Below, piece after piece: positions 32,982-45,530 of a stretch of 59,421 nucleotides of DNA (position 1 is its first letter; each line of letters begins with the position of its first letter). The stretch is from Klebsormidium nitens (lineage: Eukaryota; Plantae; Klebsormidiophyceae): positions 1 through 59,421 of the forward strand of contig DF237493.1 of NCBI GenBank assembly GCA_000708835.1, in the 5' to 3' direction. Position numbers and translations under genes: made by a program. A model generated the notes under the pieces. It saw nothing but the letters and a program-made list of their open reading frames with translations, searched no databases and was not told the origin of the DNA.

Positions 32982-34983
32982 CTACTTGTCCTTTCCAGTC
33001 ACCTTGTCCTTCAGGTTCTCAGCAGCGTCCTGCAATGAAGAAATTTGACTAATTTAGTCAATACGAAAATAGTGTCGCTGCTTCGAAACAGGGGGACGGG
33101 AAACAATTTTCACGAGAATATTCGTACTTTTCTCTGAATACGTCAATCTACTTCTGTCGAAGTGCCATCTTGCATTGCCCAGATACCTAAGCATCAACCC
33201 TCCGCTTTCGATCATGCTGATATCTCCAGTTTATACATGAAAGACGAACACTCTGAAAGAAGGAATGTGGTGCATATTTGTGCAAGCGGCTATTGAATGC
33301 CGCACAAAAGCTGGCAACAAAATCCCGAAAACATGTAACTGCGGGTGACAACTTACCGCAATACCCTGGCCAGCCTTCTGCACCTTGGCGCTGGCATCCT
33401 GAGCAGCCTTGTTCATCTGTCCACCGACCTCAGTGACGACATTTCTCCTGGCATTGAACATCTGCATTACCAAAAACGAACAGAGTGAGCACATAAGTCG
33501 TTGATACAATCCGGAACCTATGACTGGACGACATGCTCATACTGAGCTGGCGGTGAAGAAAGGGTTTGGCCACTAAATGAGTTGGAGAGCAGAACTTTGC
33601 CTCCAACCACCAGACTCCTTAAGATCTCTTCAGAGAAACGAGCTGGAATTGAATTGAGGTGGAAATTCTCGAATTGCACTGCTTGCGAAGAACGTGAAAC
33701 AGCATTCCCTATTCATGGGGAAACTGTCGCGGCTCAGTGATGAAGCGGGAAAGGGATGAAGGCCTGTCTCTATTTTACACGTCCTGATCATCCGTCGTGA
33801 CTGGTTTTCACTTGTCAGAAACAGGTTTGAGAACATCAAGGGTTTCTTCATGAGTTTGAACCTTCCTCTGATGCTTCAACGGTTTTGTGAGGCAATTTAT
33901 GGAGGCAATTGAAACCACTCCTACATTGAGCACTACTTTGAGCACAGTTCATCAGCTCTCAAAGCAACACATGACCTACTCAAAGACCCCAATACTGGGA
34001 TGACAATTTGCCATGCTGACGGAGAAAGTTTTTGTACAAGGCAAAGCGGTGTGCGTCCGCCGGAAAAATCGTGTGTCCAGAAAGGACAGCGCAAATCTCA
34101 GGAGCTGTACCTGCGCTCCCCTGGACTCGCCCTCCTCCTCCTCAGGGTGGTTCTGCCTGCCCGTGAAGTTGTTGCCTGAGGGCTCATTCTCTGCCATGTG
34201 CTTGGGGGCCTTCTTCAGAGAGAAGTCCTCCACACTCTGGTTGAACTTCTCTGCCTGCTTCTTGATGAAGCCGGCCTTGGCCTGCAGGACGAAGTCAGAA
34301 TAGTCAATTGCTTGGAATCATGTTGCAATGACGAATGGACCTGCAATCCATGAAGATTATAGACTCTCGAGAGCCTATCTCTGCCGGTTGGGGCAATGAA
34401 AGATGTGCTTCTCTGCAGTGGACTTATCATTTCGCAAGCGAAGAGTCAACTCAACTGCCCTTTCACCCAATTTCCTATCTCATGCCCCTAACATCCAAAT
34501 TGCTGCTTCCTTTCGTTCCATCAGCGGAGGGCATTGCACCGTGTAGCAAACACCTCCTTGCTGCATGCATTAGAAGTGGCTGCCACAACAACACCGGGCA
34601 AAGCCATTTCTTATGTGTGATAAGCTCCACAGGCTCCTAACTAGTCACTATTTCGAGCAGCTCAAACTCAATTTCCACCAATGCAAGAGCTTACTCACCA
34701 GCTGATAACACAAATGCAGGAGAAGCAATCAACCAATTCATTTGCAACTCTTCCACTCAGGAATTGAAACTTCCGCCCTTTTGGACCGGATTGATTGCAG
34801 CTTTCACCAGAAAGTATGGGGCACCAAGATACTCACGTCATCGCGGTTTGCCCTGATCACTGTGCTCCTCCTGACGGGGGCCACAACAGACGTCCTGTTG
34901 AAGGCACTCGTGGAGCTGGACACAGCAGCCACAGAGGACAGGCTCGTGGCGGCCAATTGCGTGGCGATCATTGAGGAAGCCAT
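32982..34983 (-). CDS. Small plastid-targeted hydrophilic protein, LEA-like C-terminus, ~156 aa
   Basis: Exons 34983-34837, (possible 3-nt exon 34701-34699), 34281-34111, 33461-33357, 33029-32982, all phase 0 and GT-AG. MASSMIATQLAATSLSSVAAVSSSTSAFNRTSVVAPVRRSTVIRA is a typical transit peptide, and the C-terminus is MNKAAQDASAKVQKAGQGIADAAENLKDKVTGKDK*. The gene structure is solid; the LEA label is inferred from composition. Confidence 0.75.
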
Positions 34984-36510
34984 TGCAATTCAAGCGTCTG
35001 TTTGATGAGCCGCGAAATGCGTTGATTACAGTGTGCAGCAGTTACAGCGCAATGAAAGTTCTGTGCGTTTGCGAATGCTTTCTGAATGGAAACGCTCTGC
35101 TCGGATAAGGTTCTCTTTTCCTAGAAGACGAGGTGCTGGAACCAGAGCTGCAAAACAGTCCCACAGACTTCCAGCTGCCGGCGCCCTGTTTGCGGGGGAT
35201 CTTTTCCCTCCCTTGTGGTCCTGGCGGCCTCCATCTGTAGCAGCTGAGGTGGCGCTTCGCGATCTGGCGCCCTCCTGTTGGCCGCGAACCGCTCTGTCTT
35301 GCGCCTCCGCAACAAGTGGCAGAAACCAATTGCGCCTTCTCTGCATGCATGACATGCAGACAGTTATAGCCCGACAGCTTGTCTAATACGTTATACGACT
35401 GAGAAATAAGCTATAAAAGGTGCAGCATCGGACGCTCTGCGTTTGTTGAGATCCCTATCGACGGTTCTAAGCGAAGATAGTATCTCAGCTGCCCAAAGAT
35501 TGTCAAATCATTGTCCGACTATACGGCCCGGTCGGGGCCCTTGCGAAGGGCCCAAGCCTCAAGGCCCCTACTAGCCCCTAGCACTGAAAACTTAGAAGGG
35601 CCCCGGGCCCCCGGCCCCCCAGGCCCGACCACCGGGCCTCCGCCGGGCCCGGGTGACAGAAATCAAGGCTCGAGCAGATCCAGTCGAAATCCTTGGGCCA
35701 GAGTCATTGCAGTGACCTCCTGAGCTGGCTGAGGCTTCTGTGCATCTTGCAGATGTAGTCTCATACCTTGTTCAAGCGCGAAAGGCAGCATGCAAGCAGC
35801 TTGCACGTGTCCTTCTCCAAAGGCTTTCTCAGGACAGCTATTGTGTTACCTTTCAAAAACCTTTAATTGGATGTCTAGAGCCAAGTCGAAAGATCAAATT
35901 AGTGACTTTTGAAAAGGTACATATATCATGGTGCTTTTTTCGGACAAAATGGATTAGACATGAGGACATTGCCAACCTACCAATCGCAATGACCATGAGC
36001 CCTATAAGTGAATGTTCAGAGGGCGTACTTCAGGCTCGGTTAATACTAAATCAATTGGGCGTCAGAGTCTGCTTGTCGACCATGTGACCGACTATGTCGG
36101 ACACACTCAGGCTTTGAAACGAACATGCGCAATTCACATTGTGCAATTATGCCTGAACATAGACAACACCAACTTTCTCAAACATGGTTGCACATTCCAG
36201 AAGCTGTCCGTCACGTTACAGCCCTGAGAGCTCTCTCTCGCATCTGTATGCAAAAGGGTCAATTGCTTGCAACCATCCATGACCAATGGTTGACAAGATT
36301 TAGGAGCTTCCATTGTCAGAAGATGCACTTCATGTTGTTCTGGCAACTCTTTTAAGAAGTGGGCGTCTCAAAGACCGTGATTAGTAGCATTAAGTATGTT
36401 TCCGTTGCTGAACTTCGTTGAGACAATGTAGCAGCAATAGAGGAAGGCCATGCTCGCAGCTGATGTTCAAGCAATCGTTTGAGTACCAATGCTCGTACAT
36501 TTTCTGGACC

Positions 36511-39500
36511 TCAATGCTTGTCCTTGCCGTTGCCATCCTTCTTCTCTTTATCCTTCTCGTCTTTCTTAGCCCCTTCTTGGGCACCTCCTAAACCCGCCAG
36601 AACCTCACGAACTGCGGCGTCATTTGGGTCCACGCCGGGCAGACCGGCCAGCACCGAGTTTATGAAATCTGCATCCGCTAAAGCTTCCGCGCCAGGCTGT
36701 TGACTGCCCGCCTCTTGTGCAACCGACATTTGCAAGGCTGCAAGACGAAACGTTGTCAAGAGATGAGAATCAGAATTTGAAAGTGAAGCCAACAATGTTG
36801 CACGACTGTACGCCTCTTTGCGCCATCAACGACCCCCGCAAGTACTACAACCCTCTCATGGAACCCATTACGCGATCAGGACATATGTGTGAGACTCTTG
36901 ACAACTCATACAACCTCAAGTACCCGTAAGCGATATCCCAGAGTCCACGCCACCCTTTAATGTTGAGGTCTGCCGCAAGTCCACAACATCCTCCATACGA
37001 GTTTTGGATTTCAGAATTACTGAACCCCAAGCCGGATACCTCAACACGAGAGAGCTTAGTATGATATCTAGAAGTCCAACGCTGTCGTGCCTGGTTGTGA
37101 AATCCCCCCCTGACTCTCAGAGGCATCCTACCTCGCTCCAGACAATACTATTCACAAAATAAGACTAACCTACCTAACAAATCAAGACGCTTTTAAACCC
37201 GGCTTACCCGCAGCCAGTTCGGCGTCCATGCTTTCTCCGGCGTCCGCCATCGCGGTGTCGCTGCTTCCCCCCGCGTCCGCCATCGACAGCGCCAGCGCCT
37301 GCTGCAGCAGCATCTGCTCCTCGTCCATTTGCTCGTCTTCGTCGTCCGCCGGGACGAGCGGCGGGGGCGCGTCACCTTTCGGGGCCGCGGCGTCCTTCCC
37401 AGCTTCCGTCATCGCTTCGTCCTTGCCGGCCGCTGCAAAAGTGTGGAGCTTGCGTTCAGATTGGTATGAAACAACGGCGCTGACAGCACAGCTCGAGCGC
37501 TCCGTACAAATTCGGCGGAACGAAATCTGAAAGGACGCTGTGATGAGTCAGAGGCTTTAGCGACTTGCGCTCCCAGCTTGACGGTTGTTTTGCGTCGTTC
37601 CACTACACACCAAGAATCAACGACGCGGATGCCATTGTATTGTTGGTAAGAGCCTTTTTCCACCTGAAATTCCATCCAAAATAACAGGCTCGTATCCGTG
37701 GAAGAGACATGGAAACACCGCTGTACCCGGTTGAGATTTCTCAAGTTACAGAGTTTATACGAACGCTGTAACTTCACCCCATCCCTGGTTCCAATTTCAC
37801 CAGATCGCACGACTTGCTTTCTCTCTGTCATGGGCCCAAAGACCTGGACTGGTGTATCCACCTTGAAAGACGTACCGGACTGATGCCCTGCTCATCGATA
37901 GATTCGTGCCCGACATGAACCGGGGATCATGATTGCAGCATATATCGAAGCAATCCCGAGCATCCTGACAAGACCTCCAGATTCAGCAATCTGCTTCTGC
38001 ACAACATGACTCCAGCACTTCGGATCAATGACTTTCCAGACAGCTGACAAGACGGAACCTTACCTGCAACCGAAGACTCTCCCTGCTCCGCCGCCCCCTC
38101 CCCCTTCTCCGCCGCCTCCTTGGCCGCTCTCTCCTGCCTCGCCCGCTCCTCCTCCATCGACACCCGCAGCGCGAGCGCCAGCTCCGGATCCAGGTTAGGG
38201 TCAACCCCGTAGTTAAACCCGTCTCCCCCACCCACTCCGGCAGCGGCGGCGGCCGCCCCAGCCGCCGCGGCAGCCGCGAAACCGCTGCCGCCCTCGCCGT
38301 CTCCGGTGAACACGGGCGAGCTGATCAGGACGTCGGAGAGGACGTTAACGCCGGGGGGGACTGTGACCAGGTGGCTGTTGTCGTTGCTGTTCACGGCCCC
38401 GAGGAATGCTTCCAGCTTCTCCAACTGCAGGGGGGGGGGAGGGAGGCATGTTTGGGAATGCCTTCCAGATTCTCACTTTGCCGATCAGAGTCCCAGCATA
38501 TTTGGATTCTGAAATCTGCTTCGATGATTGAAGGAATTCCTGAACACCGGGATAGGAACAGAAGTGTGTGCGTGGACCGTGTTTTATCTCCCCCTGGAAT
38601 CTGAAAGCAGGTTGTGCTGAAACCTTTCCATTGAATCCATGATCAGTGTGAACCTACTCTCCACTCGCAAGATGGAAGGACTTTGCTATCGGGCGTGGCA
38701 GACGTCAGATTTTTGAAAAGCCACTAACTACATTGTATCCAGAAATAATCAATCTATGCACCTAACATCCAAGACAAGTTGTAGTACTTCAGGAGAGTGT
38801 GGTCAACACCAAATCCTCCGATCAGAACCAACCACTAGCGGAGATGAGGCCAGATGATGCACTCTCCTTGAATTGCAGATTCATGCTTGCTGAAACATGT
38901 ACTACGGTAACTGGTTCGTTCTCACCCTCTGCTGCTGACCAGACTTGTGAGCCTTGGGCTCCGACACGTTCAGAAGCAGATTCAGCCCCACTTTACAGCT
39001 CCCTCTCACCTTGCTGGGGTCTTCCTCGCCAAAGTTGACAATGTCCACAGCCACGTTGTTCTTCTTCAGCTTCTTGCCGATCCTCACAAGCGATTCCTTG
39101 TCAGCATCGACAGGGCTGCCAGCAAAGAGCACAATCCGCTGGCGCTGGTTCTTGTTCTGGCGGTGCTTTAGTGCAAGCTGTGCAATCTGGACTCCGGAGG
39201 GGACATTTGTCACGCCTTCAATCTCTAACCCTGCAAGTATTATCAAAACGTGCTTGAGTAATAAGGACTTGTAAACACGTAGTTTAGCCGCAGTGGCCAA
39301 GATCTCTGATGACCTTGACTCAAACGCTTGAAATAGCGAAACTGTTCCACCTAACGCCCCCCAGAATGACACGCTTGGTAGCTGCGGCTCGTGCAATTGC
39401 ACACTTGTGGCGCAAACAGATGCAACGCAATGACAATCTATTCAGCACAGCCGCCATAGATAAACTTCTTTGAAACGGCAGAGTATTTGTTTGTCACTTG

Positions 39501-40412
39501 TTGTTTTAAGACAGCTGCTGACTTAGAGAAGACTGGCACAACTATGTGCCAGTTGATTAGGAAGTTCGTATGCAACGGCAGAACCACCCACTGCTCTCAC
39601 TTCAAATCAGACAGCAGAAGCTTCTCTGATCTGCGTCAGAGGAACTGTAGGAGGAGGCCGGACTCCTCACATAGTCGCAGGCCCTAGGAGTGCTAGAAGA
39701 TATTTGCACCCCAATTGAGCTCAAACGAGGCTGTCGTGTCAATCATGAAACTCACCGTGCATAGAGGACAGAATCTTCCCGAGGTCGGGGGTTGGCGTCA
39801 CAACCACCCGGACCCCCTTCCCTGCCATCGTGAGTAATCCAACAGTATTTTCGGGATTTGACTGCACGGCAAGCAGAGACCAGGCGTAAGTCAGCAAAAG
39901 ACACGCCAGTCCTCAAGGAGGAATACCTGCTTACAAGGACTTTTACGTATTGTCAATCCCAGCAGCATCAGTGGTGGCACCTCAGCATCTCATCCAATGA
40001 ATGACCAACCGCAAGCTACCATCAGTTAGTCTCTCATCAAAGTACCTGACAAGCTGACAAAGAGAGCGACCAAGAACACAGATGTGTCCCTGCAGCTTTG
40101 ATTGCAACTGCTTACCTGAGTCTTCGCTCCACAGATAAGGTTCACTGCATCAGCTTGAGCTTGGAATCTTGACGGCGAATAATCCCCATTCCTCATCCAT
40201 TCAGAATTATCCAAACAGATGACCGTCGCCTGCAGCAAAATCACATGGAAGCTCAAGACGCTATCGCGCCAGAAGATTGCTGGCAACATCGACCGTGCAA
40301 ATCAATAAGACCTCAGAATTATGCATCAGCCGTGCAAGAAACTAAACCTGCTCCATAGACTCTGCAAATGCTCTCCACGATGTTGACCACGCAGACTCAC
40401 CTCTAGCACCAT
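36511..40412 (-). CDS. RPN10: 26S proteasome ubiquitin receptor RPN10 (PSMD4/S5a), ~421 aa, 7 exons
   Basis: Exons 40412-40401, 40229-40116, 39861-39756, 39230-39010, 38424-38064, 37432-37208, 36737-36511. [50 protein letters not shown] (vWA domain), then [31 protein letters not shown] and ELAAALQMSV (three UIM-like motifs), and [16 protein letters not shown]. Confidence 0.96.
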
Positions 40413-40926
40413 CTTGTGACGAACTCGATGTCCCCTCAATAAAAGATAAGCACCCTCTGCTGCAGCGATCAAGACGCACACGCAAAGACTAAGATGGCTC
40501 CAATGGTCGACCAGAGCAGGGTGTGGCGATCGAGTAAGTGAAAGAGAGCAGCGAGAGAGACGAGCTCAGAAACTGTGAACGTGATCTGGAGAATAAACAA
40601 GCCCGCTCTTCAAGTGGTGTGAGGTTTGGGCTGGAAAGGCGGAGATGGGCGCCGGGCGGAGAAAAAGACAGCGCACCCAACTTCAAGTGGTTGCGATATT
40701 CTTGTTCGCGTATCGAAATCGAAGCTGTGAAATCGAAACGCAAACTTCTTCAAGCGTTGAAAACGGGGCTTTCAAGGTCAGAGTCTTCGACGCTCGCGCT
40801 TTTCGAAACCTGAAGAAATGAACAAATGCATGGTCAAAGAGTTTTCATTCTTGTGAGAAAACAGCCATGGCTTCGCTCCCTGGGCTCCAGCGTCTTCCTC
40901 TTCGAACTCTAGAAGGATAAGCGGCC
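40413..40926. promoter_or_regulatory. Head-to-head intergenic region (putative bidirectional promoter) between RPN10 and the PHD-finger gene
   Basis: The divergent ATGs at 40412 (-) and 40927 (+) are 514 bp apart. Confidence 0.45.
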
Positions 40927-43900
40927 ATGGCCTCCGCGCCGCAGACGAGAGTCGAGCAGGTTGAACCACAGAGAACGGGACTGAAAGGTGATCCTCAGCT
41001 GGCGACGCTGAAATCCGACCCTGTCGGCAAATACGACTCGAGCTTGGGGAAAGGGCATGATGACTTCCCGCAACGCGAGAAGGCTACGCATTCATTGCTG
41101 AGTTTCGGGCCAAACAAAGGACTGGAGATGTCGAAGGGGCAGTCGAGTGGTGGTCTGCCTCAAACGTTGCAAGAGGCACCGTTCATGAAATCAATCCAAG
41201 GGGGAAGCAATCAAGAAGGTCTCAAGCGGGTTGGACTTGCCCAAGACGCATCTGTCTGTGCCGGGAGGGAATTGGAAGCTAAGCAGCATGGTGATTCGAT
41301 AGAATCAGGCGCAACTGGAATTGTAGCACCTGCTGCAAAAAGGGAACCGCTGCGGAGCAAGCGGTATGTCCCTCCCAAGCAAATTGACATCAACAATCTC
41401 GGCGAGCCAAGCCCCGCAGGCTCGTCCCCCAGCCCCTCTCAAACTCTCAAGTCTCCAGGCCCTTCCCAAAGATCTTTGGCCGACAGAAGCACTGCGGTGC
41501 TCGCTTTGCCAGCAGCCTTACCCCCAGGATCGCAAGCAGAGTCGCAGCGGCAACTTCCAACCCCCCGACAATCTAAGAAGCACGCAGTTCTGACCATTCC
41601 CGTTCCCGCTCCTCAAGTCAAGAAGCCTCCAAAGCCCCAGGCCCATAACCATACCCCTAACCATGCCCCTAACCACACACCTCGCTTTCCGCAACCGGTC
41701 AATCCGCCTCCATCAAGCCGTCCGCACTTTCCAAACAAACCAGAGGTGGCTCCCCCTCCGGTGGAGAAGAAGAAGGATGCGAGGACGCTCTCTGTGAAAA
41801 TCTGGATGTTGGAGCAGCTGCTGAAAAGTGACAGCGTCGATGCTGGGGCTGTTGGTAGTGAGTCGCTCTCACACCTCTTTACATACTTATCTTGTTTCTC
41901 TGGAGATTAGAGAAGTCTGCGACCATGCGAGCATCTGAGACGCATCAGCAGTGCTTACTTGTGGATGGGCGACGAAAATCTGGATTGAGATTGATGATAT
42001 CCTTCCATGGTCACAGGGATTTATCAGTGCCTTATTCAAGGTTGTTTCTGGAGCGTCATCGGTGACATAAGCTGCGTCAAAGTGAATTTGCAGATGGGGA
42101 ACAGAAAGTCAACAGCAACATCTGGCGGTCAGCAATAAAACCGATCAGATTCTCAGCAACAAACCCAGTCAGAACCTCACAGGATCAAGCAAGTACATAC
42201 ATCATCAGCATTTGAATAAAATCACAGTCAATTGGAAGAATCCATACACTAAAACACCCAACTCTCCGTCGCAGGTCTTGTTCAATGTGACATGAGCCTT
42301 GTGAATGGAGCGCCGCGGTTGAAAAAGCTGTATGCAACCTGGCGCATTCGCGAACTAGTGCGGTGCGGGAGAGTACCAGCCACTGCAGAGGACTTTGGGC
42401 TTCTGGATGAGATACTTCCGGCTGATCAGGACCGCACGCAAAACCTACTGCTGAATCTGAAAACAGAGGTGATTTTCTTGCCGTTTGGCACTCCCATTGT
42501 CGGCCACCTTTTTCCTGTGCCTTTCTGTGCCGTACATTTCTGACAGGAATCGGATGCTCTTATTCTGCACAAACTGGCAATGCACGTTATTCAGCAACCC
42601 TATGAAGAACGGCAATTGCGACTTGTTCCCTTCGCAGAGGGCTGTCAGTTGTGCTTGTCAATCAGTCTGCTGCAAGCGTTATCCTCGTTCGTCCACATAA
42701 GTGACATTGTTGCCAGTGAATTGTTGTTCCAGTATCTTGTCGCATTCAGAAACCGAAAATAGACAGCAACAGAGTCAATTTTTCTCCTTCAAGAGTTAAG
42801 GCAGAACATGTCCACGGTTGTGGTTGAGCTCGATCTTGCAAGTGACTCAGTCTAGTCTTGGGATTGAGTTCGTTTCTTCTCTCCCGTTCAGGCCGTCATT
42901 CAACACCTCCGAGTGACGGACGACCGTGCCGACCGCAACTGGAAGCTGTTTTCCTGGGCGCTGCGCCTATTTTTTACCGATGGGGGGGTTTCGTCCGTGG
43001 CCTTGCAAGCAAGACGTGCCGAGTTGCTGGCAGCCGAGAAGGTGTGAAATCTTCAAGCGGAATGTGTAATGCAAAGGATTGGACTCCATTAAGTCGAAGC
43101 TTGTGCATGGGACCCAGTGTTGTGACGAATTCACGTGGCTCAAGGGTCACAATGGCTGGTGCAGAAACGGCAGCAAAAACTCGTCGAGACTGTATGATTG
43201 GATCTTTGAATCATCAGCCGTTCGTTGATAAAGGCAGGGTCGATTGCTACATTATACTACACCGATCGTTTCAGCAACTCTGATTGTCATAGAGTAAGCA
43301 CAAGCACTTTGCGAGGCCCTTGCGCGAGTCGCTTTTTCCCCTGAATTGCACGATTTGTCAATTGGCGCGACAATCTCGTATCTGGCCTCGCATCTCTTGT
43401 CTTTGGAAAGGTTGTCAGGTCGATAGAATCGATCAGCATCAACAGCTTTGTTTCATTTCAGCGTTTTGTCCGTTGTCTTTCGAAGGACTGATAACTGGAC
43501 TTTGCCGGACAATGTAGTAATTGCCTTGACCCGGACGGCGTTAGTCGCAACTTCCAGGGTAGGTCCAGTGCAGAGTTCAGAGGATTTCTGGTTTCCAAAC
43601 AAAGAAGCAGCTCTTTGCGCAAATGTGTGACCCCGCCCTAAACCCTCAAAGTGCGAGTTGCAATACCTCGTCGTTAGGTGCCCTTTTCGTGAGTCATCGG
43701 ATGGTCCAAGATAAGGAATTATGCTTCAGGCGATTGGAGAACGTTTATTAACTTTGACGATGATGGACGGCGATTCCACAATGAACACACGGCTTATGGG
43801 TCCTGCTTTTGACGTTTCGTTTGTGCAGGCGCGGCGAAAGCAAGTGGCCGCAAAGGCTCTGCTGGCGCGTTACCCGCTCGAAATTCTGCTGCAGCAGCTG

Positions 43901-45530
43901 CGAATGGTCGTAGAAGAGGCCAAGTCGGACGAGCCCACGTTTCTTGAACAGGTGCGCTTTGGATCAAGTCTACATCTGCAACATCTGTTATTGTTACATT
44001 GATTGATTGTCGGGGCCTTCGACGATGCTTGCTGTATTGCTTGTCGCTTTTTGCGGGCCGATCGTTTTCTACTTCGTTCATTTTCTAACATTGTTCGGTT
44101 TAGGCTGGCTTCCGACTAACTCCGATGGTGTTTCCGTTTTCCGGGTTTCCCCATTTTCCGATCGAGCGAGTCACCACCAAGGAACGAACGGAACGCAACC
44201 CCCTAACTTTGACGTCTCTGATCACTCGTACACAAGCACAGTTTCTTTGGCCCCCTTGCAGGTCTTCAATGACGTCAGCACGCAGAAGTACGTCCCCTCG
44301 TCCCCGGCGCCGCTCCTCACGGACCTCGAGGCGGTCGCGTTTGCGGAGGCGGACGCTCGAGAAAACCGGCAGACGGATCTCCGAAACGGCTCTGGCTTTT
44401 CCGGGCGGGAGCAGGGCCTCGTCGACGTAGACGAGCTCGAGCGGAAAGCCGGGGGAAAGAAAGGGAGCAAATCTGCCCCCTTGAACGGGGCTTTTGCGAC
44501 CCGGGGGATCCTCGGGGGAGCTGCCGTTCATGCACCGGCGAGTCGGCGAAACCTGGCGTTCAAGCCCGGAAAGCACAAGCCCCCTTCGGGCCCTGTGGAG
44601 ATAGTTGTCCCGCGGCCAGTAGGGACGCCGATCCGGGAACGGTGGTGGGAGAAGCAAATACGGGGCCCCAGCGGAAAGTTCTTTGCGCCCGCGGCAAAGA
44701 ACGCGCGGATCGAGAATGGGTTCGGGGGGGGCGCCGAGAGCGGCGGGGAAGGGCGGGGAAAAGCGAAAGGGGGTGGGGGACGGATGTCCGGGCTGGGGCC
44801 CGGGGCGGAACGGACCAGGTTGGAGCGGAACGGAACGGAACCGAATGAGGCCCGGATGAAGGAGCAGGAGTGGGTGAAAGAGGCGGGGAAAGAGTGGGTC
44901 GGGGGGCCGGAAGAGCCCGGTCCGAAGAAGAAGCGGATCTTGGACGTTGTGATAGAGGGGGGGGGCGGGGAGGGCGGGTTTGCATTGGGGGGGAGGGCAG
45001 ACGGCGCGGTTGTTGAGGGGGGCTCAGCGGAACCGGAATCCGCAGGAGCAGCGGAAGAAAGGCCGCGGAAAACGAGCCGGGAGAGGAAGTCGAAGGCCCG
45101 GTGGCCGGACTACGAGTGGTGGGACGGTTCGGGGGGGGCGTCGGAGGGGTCGGCGGAGGGGGGAGAATCGGAGGAGGAAGAGAACTGGGCGGTACTGGGG
45201 GAGGTCGACGAGAACGACGGGCACGAGGGGCTGTGCAAAGTGTGCGGACAGCCGGGGACGCTGCTGCTGTGCGAGGGGTGTCCGAAGGTGTACCACTATA
45301 AGTGTGCGGGGCTCGACGAGATGCCGTTGGAAGACAAGTGGTGGTGTCCCGCGTGCGAGGCGTCGCAACCGTTGGGGGGGAGCGCAGATGGTTATGCGGG
45401 TCTCGGGGGGTTGGAGTGGGGGAGTGCGGAAGATGGGCTGGCAGGGGGCGGGGACGCGCGGCCCCGGCCGAGCGGGGAAGAGGCAGCGGCAGCGATGCTT
45501 GTAATGCTAGGCGATGGAAACGGCGGCTGA
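40927..45530 (+). CDS. PHD-finger protein (C-terminal C4HC3 finger), ~888 aa, 5 exons
   Basis: Exons 40927-41857, 42275-42468, 42892-43041, 43829-43951, 44262-45530 are phase-compatible. CKVCGQPGTLLLCEGCPKVYHYKCAGLDEMPLEDKWWCPAC is a canonical PHD finger, and the N-terminus is Pro/Ser-rich and disordered. The middle exons rest on splice signals and open frames only. Confidence 0.72.

Noticed and set aside
44007-44261. Hydrophobic N-terminus of the 507-aa ORF (MLAVLLVAFCGPIVFYFVHFL..) suggesting a secreted or membrane PHD protein
   Set aside because: It is T-rich intron read-through upstream of a strong acceptor (ccccttgcag at 44261). The spliced model joins upstream exons instead.
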